NCBI GenBank assembly: GCA_963721685.1
Contig: CAVRJJ010000001.1
Location: 369,950 to 405,478 of the forward strand
DNA length: 35,529 nt
DNA from: an uncultured bacterium
GTDB taxonomy: Bacteria > Patescibacteriota > Saccharimonadia > UBA4664 > SCTI01
Direction of reading: 5' to 3'
Notes under the pieces: model-generated
Told to the model about the DNA's origin: nothing
The model's database searches: none
Seen by the model: only the letters and a program-made list of their open reading frames with translations
Part shown: positions 1-8,236 of the stretch, piece by piece
How the letters are laid out: every line of letters begins with the position of its first letter
Numbering within the stretch: position 1 is the stretch's first letter
Program-made: the position numbers and the translations under genes

Positions 1-504
1 GGCTATAATGGCCGCCGCCCGTTCATTGGCTTCCTTGAGATACCACCAGGCAATTACAAAACTCAATCCCCACATTAAAGCAATGACCAAAGCGCTGGGC
101 CATTGCCAAAAAGCGGCCGCCAGAAAAATCGCCATCGTGACCGCAACTTGCTGAATGCCGGCAATTAAAGCCCGGGCTTGGGGCTCACTGCGGATTTGCG
201 TTAACCAGATCAGCCAAGTACCGTAAAGCGCGGCTAAGATCACCTGGGTCTCAACCGGGAAAACCGCCTGACCAACCGGAGGCTTATTCAGCCCTACAAG
301 AATAACGACACTTAGCCCTACTGTAACCTGGGGGATAGCCGCTACCAGCACATTATTGTCGCGCCCCGACCGAACCCATCGGACAACCGCGGGCGCAACT
401 ACCAGCAGTGCCGCTACAATAGCGTAGCCATAATGTCCCAACACCAGAACAGCACCGGCGAGGCCGAGATACAGAAGTGTCATATAAAATGTTTGTGGTT
501 TCAT
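1..504 (-). CDS. Integral membrane hypothetical protein, truncated by the window edge
   Basis: Not in the ORF track. Read manually: ATG at 504 overlaps the LCP stop (ATGA), and the frame is open to base 1 (MKPQTFYMTLLYLGLAGAVLVLGHYGYAIVAALLVV...) with several hydrophobic helices. Confidence 0.8.
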   Translation of the reverse strand, partial: MKPQTFYMTLLYLGLAGAVLVLGHYGYAIVAALLVVAPAVVRWVRSGRDNNVLVAAIPQVTVGLSVVILVGLNKPPVGQAVFPVETQVILAALYGTWLIWLTQIRSEPQARALIAGIQQVAVTMAIFLAAAFWQWPSALVIALMWGLSFVIAWWYLKEANERAAAIIA

Positions 505-1985
505 GGCTTGGTGTTTTGTGTAGAAGTTAGCGAACCGTCCGTTGCAAGATTGTAATCACTTCCTACCACTATAGCAATATCCGGCTCGTTTTTGCCGGCG
601 AGCCCGCTGCTTTTAGTTTGGGTCTGGACCGAAGCGTTAAACCGCTGCTTTAAATACGCGACCGTGTAGGGCTTAGCGCCTCCGGTACGGTCAATTATAA
701 TACTGCTTTTGCGCTCGCGGCTGGAGGCAGCCCCCGTTGCCACCACCTTATAGCTATAAGCACCTAGCTGTTTTGCAACCGCTACTTCAAATCCGTTGGT
801 TGGAGTGGCGTTCATAATCTCAATAGTTGCCTGCTCACTTTTTACATAGGTGTCTACAAAGAGAGAATGGGTCAGCTCTTGGATTTGCGAATAATTAAAG
901 GCTCCGGCCTTGGGCACGAGAATTGAACCGGCTCCCGGGAATAAGCCGCTCCCGCTCATTAATAGTCCTGCCGGTGTATCATCCAGGACTTTAGCGGAGG
1001 TCTTCGTGACATCAATATCTTTAATAACCACCGCTAATTTTTGTAGTTCCGCCAACTGGAGATCGGTGCGCACATGGTTTCCGACACTATCAATTAAATT
1101 ACTGATTTTAAGGGGGTTGGTAAGTGTAGAAAGCTGCATGGCCTTTTCGCGCAACGCCACCATTAATTGTTGTTGCCGGGCAGACCTGCCAAAATCAGCG
1201 CCGCAGGAGCCATGTCGGCACCGGGCGTATTTGAGCGCCAGCGTTCCATCCATATCATAGGTACCCACAGGTAAATTAAACGGACATACACCCCGGTTGT
1301 TTTCGCAAGGATATTGAGGATCATTTAACGCGGTTGGATTAACAATAGAAACCCCGCCCACGGCGTCAACCGCCTGCTTAAAGCCTTTGAAATCAACCTG
1401 CATATAGTAATGGATTGGCAAGTCCAAAACCTCACCCACGACTTGCTTGGCAAGCTCTGGACCGCCCCAGCTATTGGCAGCGTTTATTTTACTGGCACCA
1501 TGCCCGGGAATACGAACATAAAGGTCCCGGGGGATGCTTAACATCGCGACCGTCTTATGAACAGGGTCAATGCTCGCAACCATAATGGTATCACTCAGGG
1601 CACCGCCTTGATGCCCGTCACCGCCAACTCCCAGCAGCAAAATATTAATCCGGCCATCACCCTCACTGTTTAACTTGGTTGGGTCGATTGTTCCGGCTAG
1701 AGCCGGAGCCGGCCCTGATGCGTTTTTAGTAACGATCTGCTGTGAAGCGAGCACCACCTTTACTCCCACCACTCCTACAATGGTTATGGCAAAGAGCAAC
1801 ACCGCCGACATGACCGCTCTGCGGCTTGACCACGCCGGACGGCGGCTGCTGCTGGATTCCGGCCATGGCAGCGGTGCCTCCCCGCCTGGCTGCAGACTCT
1901 CAGCGGCAGTAAAGCTGCGTGGCTGGCGGGATCTCGACTGGTGACTGAGCCCATCAAGGCTCCTTATTGGTGACTGGTTCTCCAT
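501..1985 (-). CDS. LCP (LytR-CpsA-Psr) family cell-wall glycopolymer transferase with C-terminal LytR_C domain
   Basis: Single N-terminal TM; motifs RINILLLG, SDTIMV, SIPRDLYV, KINAA, DFGRSARQQ; C-terminal IEIMNAT...DIAIVVGSDY. Confidence 0.92.
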   Translation of the reverse strand: MENQSPIRSLDGLSHQSRSRQPRSFTAAESLQPGGEAPLPWPESSSSRRPAWSSRRAVMSAVLLFAITIVGVVGVKVVLASQQIVTKNASGPAPALAGTIDPTKLNSEGDGRINILLLGVGGDGHQGGALSDTIMVASIDPVHKTVAMLSIPRDLYVRIPGHGASKINAANSWGGPELAKQVVGEVLDLPIHYYMQVDFKGFKQAVDAVGGVSIVNPTALNDPQYPCENNRGVCPFNLPVGTYDMDGTLALKYARCRHGSCGADFGRSARQQQLMVALREKAMQLSTLTNPLKISNLIDSVGNHVRTDLQLAELQKLAVVIKDIDVTKTSAKVLDDTPAGLLMSGSGLFPGAGSILVPKAGAFNYSQIQELTHSLFVDTYVKSEQATIEIMNATPTNGFEVAVAKQLGAYSYKVVATGAASSRERKSSIIIDRTGGAKPYTVAYLKQRFNASVQTQTKSSGLAGKNEPDIAIVVGSDYNLATDGSLTSTQNTKP

Positions 1986-1993
1986 TACCTTCT

Positions 1994-2053
1994 ACTATAC
2001 GCAAATGGAGCATAAGCGTAAAGGTTGCCGCGATTACCTAAACTCTTTATACT
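1994..2053. promoter_or_regulatory. Back-to-back sigma70-type promoters for LCP (-) and lepB (+)
   Basis: Minus strand: TTTACG(2022-2017)-17 bp-TATAGT(1999-1994). Plus strand: TTGCCG(2025-2030)-17 bp-TATACT(2048-2053). Confidence 0.65.
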
Positions 2054-2074
2054 TGCATGGTAATTAAGGTAACT

Positions 2075-2788
2075 ATGCAGCCCGATCTTCAACCACCTAT
2101 TCAGCCACAACCTCCTTCGCAGCCGCAAAATCCCGTCAATCCACCGAGCCTACCGCAATCCCCCCCACAAACCCAACCCCTATACCATCCCGATCCACCC
2201 CCGGCCCCTAAAAAAAATATAGCCGAACATATTAGCGCATTTTTTTCGCACTGGTTCATTAGCTGGATTATCATACCAGGGGTAATGGTATTCATTCTGC
2301 ATTCATTTGTATTCAGCGCCTATCACGTGGTAGGCGCAAGCATGACTCCGACTCTCGACAACTCCGACTACCTCATTGTTTCCAAGGTCGAAAAATCAAT
2401 CGCTAAACTTCAGGGTAAAACCTATATTCCCAAACGTAACCAAGTTATCGTCTTTCACTACCCGAAAGACCCAACGCTCGATTTTGTTAAACGGGTTGTT
2501 GCCCTGCCTGGCGAACGAGTAACGGTAAAAGATTGCGCGGTAACTGTTTTTAACGAAGAAAACCCTAACGGATTTAATCCGGACGTTAACCATAAGATTG
2601 CCGGAACCTGCACCGAAGCCGATGACATTAATGAGGTGATCCCAAGTAAAACGGTTTTCGTGCTAGGTGACAACCGAAAGCCAGGCGGATCTTCTGATTC
2701 CCGCGAATGGGGCTTTCTGCCCAGCAGCGATATTATTGGGAACGCCGTCTTACGGCTCTACCCCCTAGACGGCGTCCGAATCTTTTAA
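2075..2788 (+). CDS. lepB: Signal peptidase I with Pro/Gln-rich N-terminus
   Basis: TM followed by catalytic Ser box (GASMTPTL), Lys box (FVKRVVALPGE) and GDNR...SSDSREWG. ATG 2075 is preferred over 2057 because 2057 is only 3 nt from the -10 box. Confidence 0.93.
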   Translation: MQPDLQPPIQPQPPSQPQNPVNPPSLPQSPPQTQPLYHPDPPPAPKKNIAEHISAFFSHWFISWIIIPGVMVFILHSFVFSAYHVVGASMTPTLDNSDYLIVSKVEKSIAKLQGKTYIPKRNQVIVFHYPKDPTLDFVKRVVALPGERVTVKDCAVTVFNEENPNGFNPDVNHKIAGTCTEADDINEVIPSKTVFVLGDNRKPGGSSDSREWGFLPSSDIIGNAVLRLYPLDGVRIF

Positions 2789-3655
2789 GATCGTACGAAC
2801 AATACGTTCAAGTTCTTCAGGCGAGCGGTATTCAATTACGAGCCGTCCGCCTTTAGCCTTGGTTTGAGCGGTAACTTTAGCGCCTAGGTAAGTGCCGAGC
2901 TCAGTAGTTTGCCGGGCTAAGTGATCCGCAACACCGGGTTTGGAACCACCCTCCTTAGGTCGACCGGTAGCGTGTTTCTCACTCTGGACAAATGCCTCGG
3001 CTTGGCGCACAGTCCATCCTTGACTCAAAATATGGCCAAGAAGCTCAGCTTGTTTTGCCGGAGTACTTAGAGCCAAAATGGCCCGGCCATGCGCTTCGCT
3101 TAGCTTCCCCTCTGAAAGTGCCTTTTGGGCATCCGGCGGCAGCAACAGCAGCCTCATGATATTGGAGATAGTTGACCGTGCCTGCCCCATGCGTTCACCA
3201 AGTTGGTCAAGCGACAGGTTGAATTCGTCCACCAGCTTACGGTAGGCGGCGGCGGTTTCAAGCGAGTTTAGCTGGCTGCGCTGAACATTTTCCAATAGAG
3301 CTAACTCCAGCTTTTGTTGTTCTTCAAAACTTCTCATAATAACCGGAATCGTGGTTAAACCAGCCAGCCTGGCAGCCCTTACCCGCCGTTCCCCGGCTAT
3401 GAGCTCATAAGTGCCTGCAGCCGATTCGCTAACAACCGGTGGGTGTAAGATGCCATACTCTTTAATGGAGGCCGCCAGTCCGGCTAAGTCAGTTTCATCA
3501 AAGTGTTTGCGGGGCTGATGTGGATTTGCAACAATCTTATCCGGATTTACCAGCTGGATAGTCTGCCCACTGGTGTCCGCTAAAGGCGCACTTGTCTGCA
3601 CTTCAGTCGGAATCAAAGCATCAAAGCCGCGTCCAAGTCCGCGCTGCTGGCTCAT
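2765..3655 (-). CDS. parB: ParB/Spo0J chromosome partition protein
   Basis: GLGRGFDALI N-terminus, NPHQPRKHF, GERRVRAA arginine patch, ENVQR, HTH region. Confidence 0.96.
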   Translation of the reverse strand: MSQQRGLGRGFDALIPTEVQTSAPLADTSGQTIQLVNPDKIVANPHQPRKHFDETDLAGLAASIKEYGILHPPVVSESAAGTYELIAGERRVRAARLAGLTTIPVIMRSFEEQQKLELALLENVQRSQLNSLETAAAYRKLVDEFNLSLDQLGERMGQARSTISNIMRLLLLPPDAQKALSEGKLSEAHGRAILALSTPAKQAELLGHILSQGWTVRQAEAFVQSEKHATGRPKEGGSKPGVADHLARQTTELGTYLGAKVTAQTKAKGGRLVIEYRSPEELERIVRTILKDSDAV

Positions 3656-4446
3656 CGTGGCACCTCCCGGGTTTGCTGAGCCCGCTTGGTCACTTCTTTA
3701 GCCAAACTATGATAGCTGCGTGCCCCCTTGCTCCAACGATCATAATGGCTAATAGGCTGTCCAAAGCTAGGAGCCTCTGCCAACCGCACATTCCGGGGAA
3801 TAATGGTATCAAACACTTTTTCCGGAAAATGACGTTTCACTTCGTCATGAACTTGATTGCTGAGAGTGGTGCGCCCATTATGCATTGTTAAAACCACACC
3901 CATTAAGTCTAGGCTGGGGTTAAGGGCCTGACGCACCCTCTCAACCGTCTGCAGGAGCTGGCTTAAGCCTTCCAACGCGTAGAACTCGGCTTGCACCGGT
4001 ATTATTAGCGAGTGGGACGCCACCAACCCGTTAAGGGTAAGAAGCCCCAGCGATGGAGGGCAATCAATTAAAATATAGTCATACGGTAGGCTTTCTAGCA
4101 CTTGTTTTAAGCGAAACTCACGCTGCTCTGTCCCCACCAACTCAACTTCTGCCGCGGCTAGCACCGACGAGGCAGGAAGAACCACCACATCGTGGTAGGC
4201 GGTGCGCAACGCTGCTTCATGCGCGTGCGTCCCGTCCATTAAGACATGATAAAGGTTGGTAGTAACAGCTTTTTTATCAATACCAAGGCCGCTCGTAGTG
4301 TTTCCCTGAGGGTCGAGATCCACAATCATTACCTGGTGGCCGCTTTTTGCCAAGAACGCGCCTAAATTAATAGCGGTAGTTGTTTTACCAACCCCACCCT
4401 TCTGATTAGCGATGGCAATTATGTGCGGTTGTTTATTATCAGTCAT
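3652..4446 (-). CDS. parA: ParA/Soj ATPase
   Basis: Deviant Walker A NQKGGVGKTTT, DLDPQGN, DCPPSLG, PVQAEFYALEG, IPRNVRLAEAPS. Confidence 0.97.
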   Translation of the reverse strand: MTDNKQPHIIAIANQKGGVGKTTTAINLGAFLAKSGHQVMIVDLDPQGNTTSGLGIDKKAVTTNLYHVLMDGTHAHEAALRTAYHDVVVLPASSVLAAAEVELVGTEQREFRLKQVLESLPYDYILIDCPPSLGLLTLNGLVASHSLIIPVQAEFYALEGLSQLLQTVERVRQALNPSLDLMGVVLTMHNGRTTLSNQVHDEVKRHFPEKVFDTIIPRNVRLAEAPSFGQPISHYDRWSKGARSYHSLAKEVTKRAQQTREVPR

Positions 4447-4482
4447 ATCATAACCATTTTAGCATGGAGTTGGGCCTTGGCT

Positions 4483-5301
4483 CTAACCTTCTTCAGGGAG
4501 AGGTTTAGCGATTACAACGATGCGTTGCGTCTCATTCTTGTCGCTACAAGTATAAATAGTAAGCCGCGGCTCGGATGTTGGCGCAATAACTGAAACGTCA
4601 GTCGCGTTGACCGTCCGAATCTCCGCGATGGTATAGACATTCCGCTTTCCTACCCAATCGATGACTACCACGTCACCTGCTTTCAGCTTATCGAGATTGT
4701 AGAATGTCGCGGCATTAGGCGGAAGATATTTAAAGCGGTGGCCGGCAATCACAAAATTGCTGGTTTGAAGTGTTCCGGTTTGATGCCAAACCCCCTCATG
4801 GGTGTCAAGAATTGCCAAGCTTGAACTTTCCAGTATAGGCGTGTTTACCCCGATACTGGGAATGATAACCCGGTTGGTCGGATTATTTTCGGCGGCTGGC
4901 TGGGCGGCGGGCACCTTAGCTAATTGGGCTGCTTGGGGCAGGTTGGCTTGGTGGCTCAAGCGATAGTGGATGGCGGGAACAAAGGGATAGACAAATACCG
5001 TTGTGGCCAGCAGAAACATCCCAATAAAGAGTTTAGGAACTAGCGCAGAACTGGGCGAAAAGCGCTGGATTAAGGTTTTCAGGACTGGTTTGGCCAAACG
5101 ATTTTCTGCCTGATTTTCTATCACGCTAAAGTATCCAGCTCCCCCCTCGGCAGTGGCGTCAATTGGTGTGCGCCGGCAAATACGGCGCTTTACATCGTAA
5201 CGATAAATATAAGGGTGTTGGGTCCATACTCTGGTCGGCTGGAAAGTTTCTGGTTTGGGAATAGAGCGGTGAAGCTTCAGTCGCTGCTTAGGGCTTGGCA
5301 T
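4483..5301 (-). CDS. Sortase (class D/E-like)
   Basis: TM anchor followed by RVIIPSIGV, His motif IAGHR, Cys motif LTIYTC and Arg motif QRIVVIA. Start taken at MPSPK (5301); the ORF track extends to 5349. Confidence 0.88.
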   Translation of the reverse strand: MPSPKQRLKLHRSIPKPETFQPTRVWTQHPYIYRYDVKRRICRRTPIDATAEGGAGYFSVIENQAENRLAKPVLKTLIQRFSPSSALVPKLFIGMFLLATTVFVYPFVPAIHYRLSHQANLPQAAQLAKVPAAQPAAENNPTNRVIIPSIGVNTPILESSSLAILDTHEGVWHQTGTLQTSNFVIAGHRFKYLPPNAATFYNLDKLKAGDVVVIDWVGKRNVYTIAEIRTVNATDVSVIAPTSEPRLTIYTCSDKNETQRIVVIAKPLPEEG

Positions 5302-6586
5302 ACCGGCGCCGCGTCTTCGCCCACCCCGCTGCTGATACAACCATAACAAGGAGTGAGGCCAGACTTAGAGCAACGGTATTATCCCCGGTTGGCGCAAGTG
5401 TGGTTGGCGGGGTGGGGGTGGGTGTGGGCGTTGGAGTTGGTGCGGGAGTAGGCGCCGGAGTGGGTGCTGGCGTTGGAGTTGGGGCGGGCGTTGGTGCTGG
5501 CGTGGCTGCCACCCCCACTGCGACGCTTAAGGTAGTAGCGGCGCTGGAGTTACCGGCTTCGTCGGTAGCGGTAATACTAATCTGGTCCTTCCCGCTTGGG
5601 ATATCGCTAGTTGCTGCTACCGACCACTTTCCGGTAGCGTCGGCCGCCGATGTGATCTTAGTTCCGGCTGGATTAATTACCAACGTAACCGTAGAACCCG
5701 GTTCGGCAGTGCCATTAAATACCGGCTGGCTTTTCGTAACACTCACCTGACCGTCCTTGACGGTGCTGCCATCGGCAGTCGTAATTACCGGAGCCGCTGG
5801 AGCCGTGGCATCAACAATCAAACTGGGCGCGGCCGCGTCTCCCCCGAAAACTACCCACTCTCCGGGTTCATCCCCTATCTTTATTCGTGCTTGCCAATGG
5901 TATTGGCCGTCAACCAAATCTTGGCCTGTGCCGCTTAATACCAGATCTTTACCATTTGCCTTAACCGGGTCTCCCGTGATCGTAGGCTCACCGGTAAATG
6001 CACTCCCAATGGGCCGGAGCTCAAATTCCGGTGTAACAGACCCAATATTTGCCGTGGTTGGCAGAGTGAAACTAAAAATAACGGTCCGGGATGAAGATGC
6101 CTTACCGACATCTATAACTTTTGAATCACCGGTTTGAGTAAGGTCGGTGATTGCCCCAAGCTCTACTTTCTTTGGAGCGGGCGACGGGTCTGCAGTGGGT
6201 GAAGTCCTTTGCGTGAAGAACCACCAAGCGCCTATTCCGGCCACCAATAGCGCAACCAGCACGGCAGCTATAATACCAAACTTGGCCATACTGCGAACTC
6301 TCTTAGGAGGTTTCCCCGAAGGATCATTTACCACTTTAGGCGCGCTGCGGGGCGAGGGTGCAGGCTCCGGCGTTGGCGTTGCCGCTTTGGCGGCGGCAAC
6401 CACCGGACGAGGGGCGGGAGCCGGCAAGGGCGCGGCTGGCGGTAAAGCGCTGGCATTGGGCTGGGAAGCCATAGGCTGAGGAGTGTTTGGAGTAGAAGGG
6501 CCGTTTATAAGCTGGTTATCCCCATTACTATGAAGTAAATCCATGCGGGGGTTGTTTGTAGGGTTGCTACCGGTTGCTGATGCCAT
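5288..6586 (-). CDS. Surface protein with Ig-like domains, PT linker and LAPTG sorting signal
   Basis: Pro-rich N-terminus, TM, beta-rich domains (YHWQARI; PVFNGTAEPGSTV...ATDEAGNSS, bacterial Ig-like), PT repeats, then LAPTG (5398-5384), a hydrophobic helix and an RRR tail. Confidence 0.85.
   Translation of the reverse strand: MASATGSNPTNNPRMDLLHSNGDNQLINGPSTPNTPQPMASQPNASALPPAAPLPAPAPRPVVAAAKAATPTPEPAPSPRSAPKVVNDPSGKPPKRVRSMAKFGIIAAVLVALLVAGIGAWWFFTQRTSPTADPSPAPKKVELGAITDLTQTGDSKVIDVGKASSSRTVIFSFTLPTTANIGSVTPEFELRPIGSAFTGEPTITGDPVKANGKDLVLSGTGQDLVDGQYHWQARIKIGDEPGEWVVFGGDAAAPSLIVDATAPAAPVITTADGSTVKDGQVSVTKSQPVFNGTAEPGSTVTLVINPAGTKITSAADATGKWSVAATSDIPSGKDQISITATDEAGNSSAATTLSVAVGVAATPAPTPAPTPTPAPTPAPTPAPTPTPTPTPTPPTTLAPTGDNTVALSLASLLVMVVSAAGWAKTRRRYAKP
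5405..5503 (-). repeat. Coding low-complexity (TP/AP)n linker
   Basis: Encodes TPAPTPAPTPTPAPTPAPTPAPTPTPTPTPTPP with diversified codons. Confidence 0.85.
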
Positions 6587-6723
6587 TTTCCACCTATTAG
6601 GTTACACACTTATCTAGTAATTAGTATACCTATAAGCACAAGCACTATACAAGGGTTTTCTAACGCAAAATCAGCCAGCTACTCACACCGGAGTTAAACC
6701 GCGAACAGTTCTTAGGGGTTAAT

Positions 6724-7059
6724 CTAGGCCGCTGCGGATTTTTTAGAGGATTTGGCTGAACCAATCGAAGTGATTTTTATCTGAGTGTAGCGCTGGCGAT
6801 GGCCAATCTTAGTATTAACTCGCTTCTTAGCCTTGAATTTAAGAACGTCAATTTTTTCACCCTTGATTTCACCGAGCACTTCAGCGCTCACCGTCATACC
6901 TTTAACAACCGGGTCACCCACATGCACCGTTGAGCCGTCAATAACCAGGAGGGGCTCAAAATCTAAGGTTTTGGCACCGCTACCGGTGATATCAACTTCC
7001 AGCGTCTGGTCGGCTTTAACCAAATACTGCTTTCCGCCTGATGTAATCACTGCTTGCAT
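6724..7059 (-). CDS. rplU: 50S ribosomal protein L21
   Basis: MQAVITSGGKQYLV...KIGHRQRYTQIKI; the true start is ATG 7059. Confidence 0.96.
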   Translation of the reverse strand: MQAVITSGGKQYLVKADQTLEVDITGSGAKTLDFEPLLVIDGSTVHVGDPVVKGMTVSAEVLGEIKGEKIDVLKFKAKKRVNTKIGHRQRYTQIKITSIGSAKSSKKSAAA

Positions 7060-7099
7060 AATTCCAGTAGTATACCCGGAACGGGCCAATCTGTAAACC

Positions 7100-8209
7100 T
7101 TAAGTACCAAACTGGATTTTTTTACGCCGGATGGCGATTGACTGAAGCAATCCAATGGCGATGAGTGAGACAAGTAGGCTGGTGCCCCCATAAGACAGAA
7201 AAGGCAACGGGATACCAGTGACCGGCATTAACCCGACATTCATGCCAATGTTAATGAGTACATGGACCAGCAACATTGTTACTATCCCGACAGCCATAAA
7301 CAAACCAAACCGGTCGGCCGCCCGCGACGCGATAACAACACCTCGAAGCATAAGGGCGGCAAACAACAGAAGAACGAGTATCCCACCAACGAAGCCCATT
7401 TTTTCGCTTAAAACAGCAAAAATAAAATCGGTTGGCTGGGAAGGCAAAAAGTTCAACTGCGTTTGGGAGCCAGAGGCAAGTCCCCTGCCAAACAACTGGC
7501 CGCTGCCTACCGTAATTGTTGACTGGACAACATTATAGCCGGTTGAAAGCGGATCAGCCGCGGGATTTAAAAAAACCTCAAGCCGGGCTCTTTGATAGGG
7601 ACGCAAAAACGGCAGCAACAGTGGAATTGCCAAAATAAGCGCGGTAAACAAAGCAGCTAAATAGGTCCATCGAACCCTGGCAACCACCGCCATAATTACC
7701 CAGATACTGCCTATTACCAAGGCCGTTCCCAGATCGGGCTGAATTAAGACCAACAATGCCGGGGCGAGCGCGTACAAAAGGGAAACAGCGAGATGGCGGG
7801 GGTTTTCCATAAAATCATAGTTAGTACTAAAATACTTAGCCAACACGATGATTACGACGAGCTTAGCAAACTCCGAAGGCTGGAACTGGAAAACACCAAA
7901 ATCAATCCAACGGGTAGCACCAAGCGCGGTCTTTCCTAATATCAATACTGCCAACAAGCTAATGAGCATGAGGCCATACAAAACGGGGGTTAAGCGCAAC
8001 AAGCCGCGGTAATCAACCCGGGCCACTACCAGCAAGGCGATTATACTAATAACCGCGAATACCAACTGGCTCAGAGCTACATTTGGGGTAACCAGGTTTG
8101 CCGCCTTAAATGAGGTTGAATAGATAACAATTAACCCAATTGCCACCAGCAGCAAGGCCAAGCCAAGCAAGATCCAGTCGAAGTTTTTCCAGAAGCGCGT
8201 ATTAAGCAT
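7100..8209 (-). CDS. rodA: SEDS peptidoglycan polymerase RodA
   Basis: GATRWI, FQPSEFAK, QPDLGT, TDFIFAV, GIPLPFLSYGGTS; the GYNVVQS...GSG...TQLNFLP segment is RodA-like rather than FtsW-like. Confidence 0.9.
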   Translation of the reverse strand: MLNTRFWKNFDWILLGLALLLVAIGLIVIYSTSFKAANLVTPNVALSQLVFAVISIIALLVVARVDYRGLLRLTPVLYGLMLISLLAVLILGKTALGATRWIDFGVFQFQPSEFAKLVVIIVLAKYFSTNYDFMENPRHLAVSLLYALAPALLVLIQPDLGTALVIGSIWVIMAVVARVRWTYLAALFTALILAIPLLLPFLRPYQRARLEVFLNPAADPLSTGYNVVQSTITVGSGQLFGRGLASGSQTQLNFLPSQPTDFIFAVLSEKMGFVGGILVLLLFAALMLRGVVIASRAADRFGLFMAVGIVTMLLVHVLINIGMNVGLMPVTGIPLPFLSYGGTSLLVSLIAIGLLQSIAIRRKKIQFGT

Positions 8210-8236
8210 TGGTTTTATTATACGTGATACTAGGAT

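Noticed and set aside
2765-2788. 24-nt convergent overlap of lepB and parB
   Set aside because: Short tail-to-tail overlaps are ordinary in compact genomes.
2765-4480. parS site or oriC near parAB
   Set aside because: No TGTTTCACGTGAAACA-like palindrome was seen by eye, and no dnaA/dnaN is in the window.
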